Source of the DNA: an uncultured Chloroflexia bacterium
GTDB taxonomy: Bacteria > Chloroflexota > Anaerolineae > CG2-30-64-16
Length of the DNA stretch: 64,000 nt
Assembly (NCBI GenBank): GCA_963810095.1
Contig: CAWEMM010000006.1
Location: 1,664,001 to 1,728,000 of the forward strand
Direction of reading: 5' to 3'
Positions 40,481 to 50,093 of this stretch are shown in pieces; positions within the stretch are counted from its first letter, which is position 1, and each line of letters starts with the position of its first letter. A program made the translations under genes and the position numbers. The notes under the pieces were generated by a model that was given only the letters and a program-made list of their open reading frames with translations, did no database searches and had not been told where the DNA came from.

Positions 40481-42108
40481 CGACCCGCCGTGCGGAGGAC
40501 CAGGGGAAGCCACAACTCGTGGTTTGGGACAAACACCCTCCCCTGTAGAACGTTGTCCCCTTCGTTCGATTCGTCGACGACCCCGCCGGCGTCAGCCTTC
40601 ACCCAGTAAGAATGGAGCCCAGGCGTAAGGCCGGTCCACGGTTTCTGCGCAGTGACGACGCGACTCCCGCAGCCGCCCAGCTCTGTCGAGATCGTGGAAC
40701 TGCCGATCAGGTCCGTGAGGGCCGCGTCACGGTAGAAGCTCACCTCAAAGGTCTGGCCGCTCGTAACGCTGCCTTGATTGCGAACTTCGGCAGCGAGCAA
40801 GACGTCGCTCGTGCCGTTTGTCCCGCGAGGAGGGCTTGGCCGGGTGCTCCACGTTCCCTCCGGCACCAGGTTGACGGTCCGTACTGCTGCTGCTCCCCGG
40901 GCCGAGAATGCCGCGCCGACGACGGACAGTTGTGTGCCGCTCGCGTCGATCAGATTGCTGACCTCACCCGCACCCAGTGCGTACGTGCTGTACCAGAGCC
41001 AGCGCTGCACCAGCCGGTTGTCGTCGCGCGGCATACCCCAGGGCGGGGTCGGCTGTCGTTTCCAGGTAGCTCATCGACGCATTCAGGAATTTGACCACCC
41101 GATCGGGCGTGAAGCACTTCCCGTATTCGTCTTGGAGATAACATCCGCCGGCGTCCAGCTCGTATGGGTACAGCAGCGAGTATTCCGAGATTATCAACGG
41201 CTTCTGCTGCTGGCCGTGGGCCTTCATCCACTGCCGCATGGCCACCACTTGGCCCGCAAACGCCGACATGCTGTCGTGCTCGGCCCAGCAGTAGACGTTG
41301 GCGGCCTGGCACAAGCTGGCGATGCCGCCGCTTTCGCGCACGGCCAGCGTCGGGTCGGTACCCACTGCGATATTGGCAACACCGTTCGGTTGGCCGTTTG
41401 ACCGCGCCTCGGGCAGCACGTAGAGGTGCATGTTCCACACATCCACAGGCATGTCGACGCCGTACAAGGCCCTGAACGTATTCCACACAATGTCGAGGTA
41501 TTGCAGGCGGCCCGGGGTAACCTCCACGAGCCCCGCGTTGGCGACCCGGGCCGTGGGATCCACGCGCTTGATGTAGGAGTACACGTCGAAGTAGGCGCGG
41601 CATACACGTCCGCCCTCGTATCATCCTGCACCCGGTCCACGCAAGCGGTGTCTTCTGGGTTTGGTCCGCGGTCGGGCTCGTTACCCACGATCCACAGGGC
41701 CCCCGGACGGCCTAGTACGGCCGCGCCCAGCCCGCCGGCGTTAAGAGCGGGACTGGTCGTGTACCCCGGCAAATAGGTGCAGCCCTGTTTGTTTTGGCGG
41801 ATGCGAACGACGGGGACATACTCAGCCGTCTGCGCGGCGCCGTCCTGCGACGAGAAGTTGACATACCAGCCGGCCGACAGGGGGTTCAACCAGGTATATT
41901 GTTGAGGACTCAGCGCCGCGACGCCATAACGGCAGCTCGGTCCGGCCGCTGCGGCGCCTGGGGGCGCCCAGGGCCCTTCAGCCTGCATGACTGGCCGCGC
42001 GTTGGACTCGGAGGAGGGGTCCGCCAATACGACCGAACTTTCGAGAACCAGCAGCGAGGCACCGAAGACCAGGCCCAAAACGAGGTGTCGAAAGGCTTGG
42101 GAACGCAT
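40477..42108 (-). CDS. Secreted clan GH-A-like glycoside hydrolase with C-terminal CARDB/Ig domain (frameshifts near 41600 and 41030)
   Basis: Signal peptide, WIVGNEPD, DVWNMHLY, PLIISEY, VQRWLWY; CARDB motifs VRNQG and VDESNEGDN; tail LWLPLVLR. Confidence 0.75.
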
Positions 42109-42116
42109 CAGGAGTC

Positions 42117-42974
42117 TTATACTTTCTCGCCAAAGTCATGGCTGTGTCGCGTGAAGAACCAGTAGCCAATCGCGAGGACACCGACCGACGTTATGGCAGT
42201 GCGGAGGAAGAAGTCGAGGTCCGTGCGGTAACCCCAGTAGAGCAGGTCACGGTAGGCGGCAATCAGCGAGGCCATCGGGTTCAGGATGTACATGACGCGC
42301 TGAAGGTTGACCGTGATACCCATGATCTCGTAGCTGGAAGGCAGGATTGCGATGGAGTAAACCACGGGCGTCAAGAAGAACCATGCCAGCAGGACGACGT
42401 CCATGATCATCAGTGTGTCGCGGTAATAGACGTTGACTGCGCTGAGGAACAGCGCGACGCCCAACGTGAAACACGTCTGGATCAAGATGACGAACGGCAG
42501 CATCCACAGCCAGGGGCCGAAATGGGCCCGGGTGATGATGAGCACTACGATCAGCACGGCCATGCCGAGCAGGAAGTTCACCAGGGCCGCGAGGACGCTC
42601 GAGATGGGCAAGGCCTCGCGCGGGAAATAGACCTTCTTGACCAGGTTCGAGTTACCGGCCACGCTGTTGATGCTCAGCATCAGCGCGCCTGTGAAGAAGT
42701 TCCACGGCAACAGGCCGCACAGTAAGAAGATCGGGTAGTTTTCGATCTGGCTCGGCATGATGACGGTGAATACGATCGTGAATACCAGCATCATCGCGAG
42801 CGGGTTGAGCAGGCTCCACAGGAAGCCGAGCACGCTGCGTTTGTAGCGCGCTTTCAAGTCGCGCAGCACGAGATTCACCACCAGGCTGCGGTAGCGCAGC
42901 AGCTCTTGCAGCTGCCACAACATGCCGGGTGTTGATTGGTCTTGTCTAGATGTTGAACTCCCAGGAAAAGCCAC
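42117..42974 (-). CDS. wzm: Polysaccharide ABC transporter permease
   Basis: RDLKARYKRSVLGFLWSLLNP, LVKKVYFPRE, FFLTPVVY, LNPM. Confidence 0.95.
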   Translation of the reverse strand: MAFPGSSTSRQDQSTPGMLWQLQELLRYRSLVVNLVLRDLKARYKRSVLGFLWSLLNPLAMMLVFTIVFTVIMPSQIENYPIFLLCGLLPWNFFTGALMLSINSVAGNSNLVKKVYFPREALPISSVLAALVNFLLGMAVLIVVLIITRAHFGPWLWMLPFVILIQTCFTLGVALFLSAVNVYYRDTLMIMDVVLLAWFFLTPVVYSIAILPSSYEIMGITVNLQRVMYILNPMASLIAAYRDLLYWGYRTDLDFFLRTAITSVGVLAIGYWFFTRHSHDFGEKV

Positions 42975-42977
42975 CAG

Positions 42978-44291
42978 CTAACCTCGATAACGTTCGCGCC
43001 GGGCCACGCCGGAGGGGATCGGATCGTGCGGCGTGTCCCACGCGGCCGGGGCCTGGGCAGATGCGGACCTACCGCACACGGCCCCGTACACACGGCTGAT
43101 TTCCTCAGCCATCGTGCCCCAGCGATAGTAAACCAGGGCGCGCTGCCTCAGCCGCCGGCCGCGTTCGACAACCGGCCCGGACCCTGCAGCGTCTGACAGG
43201 GCGTACTCCAGGCATTCCGCAAAGCCCTCCACGTCGCCGGGCGGTGCGTACAGCCCGTCGCCGGCCAGGTACTCGCGCGCGACCGGCGTATCGAAGCTGA
43301 CGACCGGGAGTGCGACGGCCATGTAGTTAAGCAGCTTCCCCGCCCCTTCGGTCAGGCTGAGCTTGGGCGAGACGGCCACGTCGCCGAGTGCCAACATCTG
43401 CGGCGCCTGGTCGTAGGGGACGCGGCCTGTAAATGTCACATGTCCGGCCACGCCGAGCGCCTCGGCCTGCTCCCGGTAGCGCTCGACATTGGGGAAACCC
43501 ATCAGGAGCAGGTGTACGTCTTCCCGATGGGCCACCAGGCGCGCCATCGCCTCGAGCAGCACGCCCGTCCCCTGGTATTCGGCCAGCAGGCCCAGATAGA
43601 CGATCAGCTTGCGGCCGGCCGGGATGCCGAGTTTCTCGCGCAGGTCCGCGAGCTCGCCGGGCGGGTAACACGCGGCGGGCTGGAACTTGTCGCTGTTGAC
43701 CGCGTCGGGCAGCACCCGCACGCGGCCTTCGGCGCAGCCGAATTGCTCCAGCAGTAACCGGCGTGCGTTCGCCGTGCTGGTGAGGATGACCGGTGCGGAG
43801 TGATCGACCCACGTTTCGATCCGGAGTAGAGGTTGGTAGAGCTTGCCTTCCTTCGCCAGAAACCCGTGGTCGACCATTTCGGCGGTCATCGAACCCTGAA
43901 AATCGAAGACGGTGGGCACGCGAAAGAGGCGCCCTAGCACCAGCCCCATGAGCGCGCCTTCGTGCAGATGACCGTGTATGACGTCGAAATGACCCCCGGC
44001 CAGAAGCGTGAGGATACGTGCGCCCAACAGCGCGTCAAACGCGATCTTGTGGCGGCTCGAGCCGACCTCGAAGTTGTCGCGGCCGGGCACCGCCAGGGAG
44101 CGTCGGATGTCGAGCCCGGCGACCGGGCCGCCGTTGTGGTACGTGGCAATGGTGACGGAATGTCCGAGCGCTTGAAGCGCCTGGGCTTCTTCGAGAATGC
44201 GAACGTGGCAGCCGTAGTCTGCGAAGAAACTGGTCGGCGCAACCATCAAGACACGGAATGCGCTCGCGTTGCCTGGCTTTTTACTGCTCAT
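42978..44291 (-). CDS. Glycosyltransferase family 4
   Basis: APTSFFADYGCHVRI, YLGLLAEYQG, EGAGKLLNYMA. Confidence 0.9.
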   Translation of the reverse strand: MSSKKPGNASAFRVLMVAPTSFFADYGCHVRILEEAQALQALGHSVTIATYHNGGPVAGLDIRRSLAVPGRDNFEVGSSRHKIAFDALLGARILTLLAGGHFDVIHGHLHEGALMGLVLGRLFRVPTVFDFQGSMTAEMVDHGFLAKEGKLYQPLLRIETWVDHSAPVILTSTANARRLLLEQFGCAEGRVRVLPDAVNSDKFQPAACYPPGELADLREKLGIPAGRKLIVYLGLLAEYQGTGVLLEAMARLVAHREDVHLLLMGFPNVERYREQAEALGVAGHVTFTGRVPYDQAPQMLALGDVAVSPKLSLTEGAGKLLNYMAVALPVVSFDTPVAREYLAGDGLYAPPGDVEGFAECLEYALSDAAGSGPVVERGRRLRQRALVYYRWGTMAEEISRVYGAVCGRSASAQAPAAWDTPHDPIPSGVARRERYRG

Positions 44292-44298
44292 CGTTACG

Positions 44299-44327
44299 AT
44301 TATACCCGCGCTGCGGCCTCCGGCCAA
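44299..44327 (-). promoter_or_regulatory. Sigma70-type promoter, probably giving a leaderless mRNA
   Basis: TTGGCC-17 nt-TATAAT-7 nt-ATG (44291); no SD sequence. Confidence 0.6.
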
Positions 44328-44417
44328 ACCTCTCCGGTCGAGCGATGGCATCGGGCCGCGGGCCGAGGTGTGCGACAGGCGATTGGGCGCGTGCTGCAGA
44401 GGTGGGGCGAGCAGTAG

Positions 44418-44999
44418 TTATTGCAGATCGACGAGCAAGTCGCCCAACTTTAGAACCTCGTCTGCTGCGACCTTCCACATGAGGGGCCGGCTCGCATCGT
44501 CGGCGAGGACGGTGGACTTGGTCATCCGGTTGCCCACCAGGAGCACGTAATCCCCGGGAGTCACGTCGTTAAAGACGAAGCGCCCCTGCTGATCCGTGAG
44601 CGTCGAGGGATCGAAGGCGTCGTCGATGGCATAGACGCATTCCTCCCGTTTGTTCTCCTCGGCCACGCCCGGAGGGCAAACGATAGAGGGGAGGCTCAAG
44701 TTCTGGTTGGCCATGGGCTGGCCCGTCTTGTAATCGATCAGGCGGCCCGCAACCCCGCCCTTGCCCGCGCCGGGTGTCGGCGCCGCGACCTCAACCGCGG
44801 CCGGGGGAGTCGCGAGCGGGCTCTCCGCCGAGAGCGAGGTGGCCTCCGGTTGGACCGAGGGGGCAGGTTTGACCGGCAGCGGGCTCACGGGGACCGTTGC
44901 CGGCACGACGGGCACGCGCGTCCCGCTACAGGCCGCGAGCGCCAGAATCAGAATGCCGAGCACTGCGGCAGATGTAATTCGATGCAAGGACATATCCAC
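44418..44999 (-). CDS. Lipoprotein with Pro/Thr/Ser linker and carboxypeptidase-regulatory-like beta domain
   Basis: Lipobox LAAC, SPLP/SPLATP linker, TDQQGRFVFNDVTPGDY. Confidence 0.75.
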   Translation of the reverse strand: MDMSLHRITSAAVLGILILALAACSGTRVPVVPATVPVSPLPVKPAPSVQPEATSLSAESPLATPPAAVEVAAPTPGAGKGGVAGRLIDYKTGQPMANQNLSLPSIVCPPGVAEENKREECVYAIDDAFDPSTLTDQQGRFVFNDVTPGDYVLLVGNRMTKSTVLADDASRPLMWKVAADEVLKLGDLLVDLQ

Positions 45000-45188
45000 T
45001 TCCTGAGTTTCTAGGCCTCGAGCGCCCTCACAAGCTGCTTGAAAGGCTCGCTAAACGCATAATACCACCATCGGGGTATTGCCTTTACGCCCCGGCGATG
45101 TTACATTGCAACGGCAAATAGATCAAATAAGGCATGTTACGTTGATCTTAAGCAACAAAAACATCAGTTGTTCTCTTGAAAGGAGAAA

Positions 45189-46628
45189 ATGATGCGACGA
45201 CATCAGATGGTGGTCTTGCTGGCAGTGATGATGCTCCTGGCATCGGTCGGCCTGGTTTCTGCGCAGACCGGTTACGAAGTCCCCTTCGCCACGTCGATCA
45301 CCTACCAGAACGTGAGCTCCTCGCAGGCCCACGTGATCTTCAGCTTCTATAACCAGAAGACGGCAACTTCGATCAACGTCGAGCGCGACCTGCCCGCGAA
45401 TGCCGGTTCGTCGCTGTCGGTTGCCGGCCTGACCGGCGCCGAGGCTCTGCCCGCGAACTTCCTCGGTTCTGCGGTCCTCAGCTCTGACTTCCCGGTGGTT
45501 GCCACGCTCGTGCAGATTCCGCAGCCGAGCACCGGTGCGGTGAAGAACCGCCCGCTGTCGAACGGTTTCGCCCAGGGCGCGCCGCAGGTGTTGCTGGCGA
45601 CCGTGTTGAAGAATCAGTTCAACACGAGCAGCCGCTTCTCCATCCAGAACGCCTCGGACGGCAACGTCGACATCACCCTCAAGTTCTACCGGGTGGGTGA
45701 GACGGCCGCCGCAGCGACGCTGACGGAAACGGCCATCCCGGCGGGCGCGGCCAAGTATTACGATGCCGGCACGCAGGCCGAGCTGGGCGCCTCCTTCAAC
45801 GGTTCGGCCGTCGTCACCGCGGTGGCCTCGGGCACCGCCAACCCGGCGAATATCGTGGGCACCGTGCTGGAACTTGAGACCACCAATGTTGGCGTTCGCG
45901 CCTTCGAAGGTGTCCCGAGCACTGCGGCCGCCAATACGGTCTTCATGGCGACCGCCCTCTGCAACTCCTTTGGCAGCACGTCGTTCTACGCTGTACAGAA
46001 CACCAGCAGCTCTGGCGACGCAGCCGTCACCGTCACGTATTCCAACGGCGGGACCCAGAGCGACACCATCCCTGCCGGCGGCAAGAAGAGCTTCGACACT
46101 TGCGCGGCCACGGGCGTTGCGGCCGGCTTCTCCGGCGCTGCCAAGATCACGAGCACGGGCGCCCCGATCGTCGTTATCGGCAAGGTCGGCGGCGCGGGTC
46201 GCTATACCGCATTCCTGGGCGAGACCAGCGGTGCGGCCAAGCTCGCCCTCCCGTACGTGCGCTGGAGCAACACCAAGTATGACACGGGCCAGTACCAGCG
46301 TGCCTTCATCGCCATTCAGAACACCGGCGGTTCCGACGCTGCCAATGTCAAGGTGCACTACCTGAACAAGCTCGGCACCGAGGTGGGCGTGCACACGATC
46401 GCCAACATCGCGGCGGGCGCCAAGGCCAACTCGAACGCAACCAATGCCGGTAGCTCGATCGAACTGACCGAGTTCGGCAATCCGGAAGCGAACCCGGGCG
46501 GCGGCTTCGGCGGCTCCGTGATCATCGAGGGCCCTGCGGGCAGCCAGCTGATCGCGATCGTCCGCATCTCCTCGAACACGGGCGGTGGCACCGTTTCTGA
46601 GGACTACAACGCGACGGCGATCCAGTAA
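45189..46628 (+). CDS. Secreted protein of four ~110-aa beta-rich repeats; candidate S-layer/sheath protein
   Basis: AAGGAG RBS, signal peptide VSA-Q, QN motif at aa 40/153/270/377, FxGSA/GFxG motif four times, A/G/S/T-rich, own terminators. Confidence 0.8.
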   Translation: MMRRHQMVVLLAVMMLLASVGLVSAQTGYEVPFATSITYQNVSSSQAHVIFSFYNQKTATSINVERDLPANAGSSLSVAGLTGAEALPANFLGSAVLSSDFPVVATLVQIPQPSTGAVKNRPLSNGFAQGAPQVLLATVLKNQFNTSSRFSIQNASDGNVDITLKFYRVGETAAAATLTETAIPAGAAKYYDAGTQAELGASFNGSAVVTAVASGTANPANIVGTVLELETTNVGVRAFEGVPSTAAANTVFMATALCNSFGSTSFYAVQNTSSSGDAAVTVTYSNGGTQSDTIPAGGKKSFDTCAATGVAAGFSGAAKITSTGAPIVVIGKVGGAGRYTAFLGETSGAAKLALPYVRWSNTKYDTGQYQRAFIAIQNTGGSDAANVKVHYLNKLGTEVGVHTIANIAAGAKANSNATNAGSSIELTEFGNPEANPGGGFGGSVIIEGPAGSQLIAIVRISSNTGGGTVSEDYNATAIQ

Positions 46629-46655
46629 GTTCACGGGTCGTAGGAAGCCTTGTGT

Positions 46656-46730
46656 TGCCGGCCCGGGGATTCCCTGGGCCGGCACTGAAGAGACCTCACG
46701 CAGCAAGCGCTGTGCGAGGTCTCTCATTTT
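46656..46730 (+). terminator. Tandem hairpins after the surface-protein gene
   Basis: TGCCGGCCCGGGGA-t-TCCCTGGGCCGGCA, then AGAGACCTC...GAGGTCTCT followed by CATTTT. Confidence 0.7.
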
Positions 46731-46745
46731 GCCGAGCAGGGATGG

Positions 46746-47474
46746 TTGTTAGAAGTGCGGACGAATAGCTTGACCCGGGCCGTCTGGAGCGCGCGATTGC
46801 GCGTGACCGATCCTCAGGCGTACAGCATCATCCAGGCGGTGCGAGCGGCGAGGCTGACCTATCTGAGTGTGCAGGCGCTGGATGACCTGCGGAACGCGGC
46901 CCGACGAGCGGACGAGCAGCGGGTGGCGGGTGCGATCATCGAGGCGGGTGTGGCGCTGGGCGGATCGGCCATCGTCCTGGCGAAGTTTAAGGCCGATGCG
47001 CGTCCACTCTACCTCTACGACGTTTTCGGGATGATTCCTCCCCCGTCAGCGGATGACGGACCTGATGCGCATGCCCGCTACGCCGATATCGCAAGCGGTC
47101 GCTCATCCGGCATCGGGGATGACCGGTACTATGGCTATGAAGATGGGCTGCTCGAAAAGGTGCAACAGAACCTGGTGCAGTTTGGCGTGGATCGGGAACG
47201 GTCGCACGTGGACGTGTTTCCGGGGCTGTTCGAGAATACACTGATGATTGACGAGCCCGTGGCACTGGCCCATATCGACTGTGACTGGTATCAGTCGGTG
47301 ATGGTGTGCCTCGAACGCATCGTGCCACGGCTTGCCATGGGCGGGGTTGTGGTGATCGACGATTACCGGGATTGGTCGGGCTGCAAACGCGCCGTTGACG
47401 AATACTTCGCCGCGCGGCGCGCGGAGTTCAAGTTTACAATGCGAGCGCGGCTGCACATCGAGCGGCAGGGTTGA
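46746..47474 (+). CDS. TylF/MycF-family sugar O-methyltransferase (start uncertain)
   Basis: GAIIEAGVALGGS, YDVFG, GLFENTL, HIDCDWYQS, GGVVVIDDY..WSGCKRAVDEYF. Confidence 0.9.
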   Translation: MLEVRTNSLTRAVWSARLRVTDPQAYSIIQAVRAARLTYLSVQALDDLRNAARRADEQRVAGAIIEAGVALGGSAIVLAKFKADARPLYLYDVFGMIPPPSADDGPDAHARYADIASGRSSGIGDDRYYGYEDGLLEKVQQNLVQFGVDRERSHVDVFPGLFENTLMIDEPVALAHIDCDWYQSVMVCLERIVPRLAMGGVVVIDDYRDWSGCKRAVDEYFAARRAEFKFTMRARLHIERQG

Positions 47475-47506
47475 CAGCCCGGGCGCAACCTTGCGCTGCC
47501 CCTCGG

Positions 47507-48772
47507 TCACTCGCCGGCACGCCTGAAGGGTGTGGGGCGAGACTTGCCCAGTGCCAACCAATACCCAACCAGCAGAACGAACTCTGTCAGCACGTAAATC
47601 CACGCCACGCCCCGGATGCCCCACACGCTGACAATCGCCAGGTTCGCGAAGATGCTGATCGCTGCCGCAACGGCTTGCGCGGAGAGCCGCCGGCCCTGTT
47701 GTCCCGTGCCGACGACCGCGGCTGCGAGGGCGAAGGTCACACAACGCAGACCCAGGACGAGCGACAGAATCACGAGGATCGGCCCGGCCGCGGCGTACTC
47801 TATCCCGTACAGGCGCCGAATGATCCAGTCGGCCGATACGGCAATGCCCGCGGCCAGGACTAGCCCCAGTGCAGTATTCAACGCCAGGAAGAGGCGCAGT
47901 GTCTTTCCAAAGGCCGCGCCCTCGACATGCGCCCGTGTGAAGACGGGCACCATCACGTAGTAGGCCGCAGCCGGAACGAGGAAGAGCGTCGTGACGATCG
48001 TCGAGGCCGGTCCATAGATGCCCGCCTGTCTGCCCCCCAGAAATTGCGCGACGATTGTGACGTCGACCCGCTCGTAGATGACCGCGAGGAAGAGCGAGGC
48101 GGCGAAGGGCGCGGCCTCGCGCAAGATGGGCACCATGGCGGACGCGTCGAAGCCAATGCCGATGTCGCGCCGCAAGATGAAGATGGCAAAGAGGCAGCCG
48201 CATATGGCCACGATCAGCCGTGCGAAGAGGAACGGCACCAACTGCTGTGTCCCGAGCTGAATCAGCCCGATGGTCACCACGACCAGCGCAAACTGCACTG
48301 AAGTGATGATCTTGAAGGTGACATCGTTTTGCAGGGTGCTCTTGAAGGCGCTCCAAACCGTGTTGGTCAGGTCGTCGGCCCAGACGAAGAGCGCCGTGAT
48401 GAGCAACACGGTGGGCGGAAAGACGGCAGGGTTGAGCGCGCGAGAGACGAGCATGAGACCCAGGAACCAGAAGCAGCCGAGCAGCAGCTTCCAGGCCAAG
48501 GCCGTGCCGCTCTGCACCGCAACCGCACGGCCGCTGGCCGCTCCGCCGCCGCGCCACAACAGCCACCCGTCGAAGCCCCAGGAAAAGGCCACCGAGCTAA
48601 GCCGAGCCAGCGAGAAGCACGCCAGATATTGCCCGTAACCCTCGGGCCCCACCTGCCGCGCCAGGAGGATCAGCGCGACTGCAGTCATGACACGCGCCAA
48701 ACCCGTGCCGGAGACAAGCGCGGCAAAGCTCCTGAGGATCTGCTTACTGTTGGGCAGGCGGCTGCCGGTCAT
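47507..48772 (-). CDS. wzx: Wzx-type oligosaccharide flippase
   Basis: LARQVGPEGYG, about 12 TM segments, IYERVDV....F.G....GIYG.A, LYGIEYAAA. Confidence 0.85.
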   Translation of the reverse strand: MTGSRLPNSKQILRSFAALVSGTGLARVMTAVALILLARQVGPEGYGQYLACFSLARLSSVAFSWGFDGWLLWRGGGAASGRAVAVQSGTALAWKLLLGCFWFLGLMLVSRALNPAVFPPTVLLITALFVWADDLTNTVWSAFKSTLQNDVTFKIITSVQFALVVVTIGLIQLGTQQLVPFLFARLIVAICGCLFAIFILRRDIGIGFDASAMVPILREAAPFAASLFLAVIYERVDVTIVAQFLGGRQAGIYGPASTIVTTLFLVPAAAYYVMVPVFTRAHVEGAAFGKTLRLFLALNTALGLVLAAGIAVSADWIIRRLYGIEYAAAGPILVILSLVLGLRCVTFALAAAVVGTGQQGRRLSAQAVAAAISIFANLAIVSVWGIRGVAWIYVLTEFVLLVGYWLALGKSRPTPFRRAGE

Positions 48773-48773
48773 A

Positions 48774-50093
48774 TCAATCCAGCGATCCGCGCGCCCGGGC
48801 GAGAGTGGCGTAGTCTGCCGCAATGAGCGCAGCGGCCGCGGCGGCTTCCTGCTGCAATGCGGGGAGTCTCTGCTGAATCAGCGCTCTGACTTCCAGGCGC
48901 TGCTGCCAAAGCAGCTCCAGTCGCGCCGTCAGGAGCGATTCGTCTACGTCGACGATGTCGAGCACCCAGTCGCCAAGGCCGAGCATGCCCAGCACGCCGT
49001 GGGTTTTGTACTGGTAGGCGATCGCCAGGACGGGCGTTCCCGCCGTCAGCGCGAAGATGTTGGAGTGCAGGCGGGCGCCCAGGAAGAGGTCCATTTGCCC
49101 ATAGGCGGCCAGGAGCCGGCCCGGCGACCAGGTTTCATCGACCAGGACCACCTGCGATGGCTTCGCCTGCGTGCGGCCGGCGACACGTCTTGCGGGTATC
49201 CGGTCGTCGTCCACAACGCTCGGCCCTGTCACCTGCGGGAAGATGAAGACAGTGCCGCCGTGCCGGGCCAGGAAATCGGACAGCGCAGCGCTGACCGCTC
49301 GCTCGTATTCCGCCTGCCGGGCGAAGCGCCGGTTCTTGATCCCCCAGTCGATCACCGTCACGCCCAAGTAAGGGCGGGGCCTTGACTCGACGGCCGGATG
49401 GCCGAGCAGCGCAGTGAATGGGTTGAGCTCGCCCGCGCCATGAAAGAGGAAGGCGCTGTCTGGGAATACGTGGCAGCGCTCGGCCGCAACCCCGAGTTGC
49501 TTGACGGGCTCGAGCGAGCGAGTGTCACGGAGCGCGACGAAGCGCATTTGCCTGAGCAGGCGCTTGAGGAGCCAACGTTCTCGGCGCCGTGTCAGCGGAC
49601 CGATGGTCTGGGGCATCATGTAGAGCGGCTTGCCCAGCAGCCGGCCGTAGGCCAGGGCAAGCACATGCAGGAGGAACGCGGCGCCGAGCCCCGAGCCGCT
49701 GTAGAAGAAATTGCCCGGACAGCTGACGATCACGTCTGACCGGCAGTACGCGAGCAAAAGATCGCGTCGCGGGCCTTTTCTGGGCGCGGGCCAGCAGCGT
49801 GGGAAGGTGCGGGCGGTCCAGGCAACCAGGCAGCTTTGCACCAGCCACCAGGGCAGGGCAGGCAACCGTCGCCAATCCCACCTTTCTCGCCCGCCCTCTT
49901 CGGTTCTGAACCAACTCATGAACGAGCCGACGAACGAAGCGTCGTCGCGGTCGTCCAGCTCCTGCAGGCTGTCGATGGCGACCGTGATCTCGCTGTCCGG
50001 GAAGTTGGCGACCAGCTGTTCCAGTGTTACCTCGAGCAGCACGCGGTCGCCGGCATTTAGCATGGAGTGTGCGTTAGTGACGAGGATTCTCAA
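48774..50093 (-). CDS. Polysaccharide pyruvyl transferase (WcaK/CsaB family)
   Basis: NAGD, PQTIGP, LRD..S, PDSAF, GARLHS.I, IAYQYKT. Confidence 0.9.
   Translation of the reverse strand: MRILVTNAHSMLNAGDRVLLEVTLEQLVANFPDSEITVAIDSLQELDDRDDASFVGSFMSWFRTEEGGRERWDWRRLPALPWWLVQSCLVAWTARTFPRCWPAPRKGPRRDLLLAYCRSDVIVSCPGNFFYSGSGLGAAFLLHVLALAYGRLLGKPLYMMPQTIGPLTRRRERWLLKRLLRQMRFVALRDTRSLEPVKQLGVAAERCHVFPDSAFLFHGAGELNPFTALLGHPAVESRPRPYLGVTVIDWGIKNRRFARQAEYERAVSAALSDFLARHGGTVFIFPQVTGPSVVDDDRIPARRVAGRTQAKPSQVVLVDETWSPGRLLAAYGQMDLFLGARLHSNIFALTAGTPVLAIAYQYKTHGVLGMLGLGDWVLDIVDVDESLLTARLELLWQQRLEVRALIQQRLPALQQEAAAAAALIAADYATLARARGSLD

Noticed and set aside
45123-46727. 534-aa antisense ORF, and similar long shadow ORFs at 21969, 26483, 55112, 60450 and 62513
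   Set aside because: Antisense mirrors of real genes caused by high-GC codon bias; no motifs or RBS.
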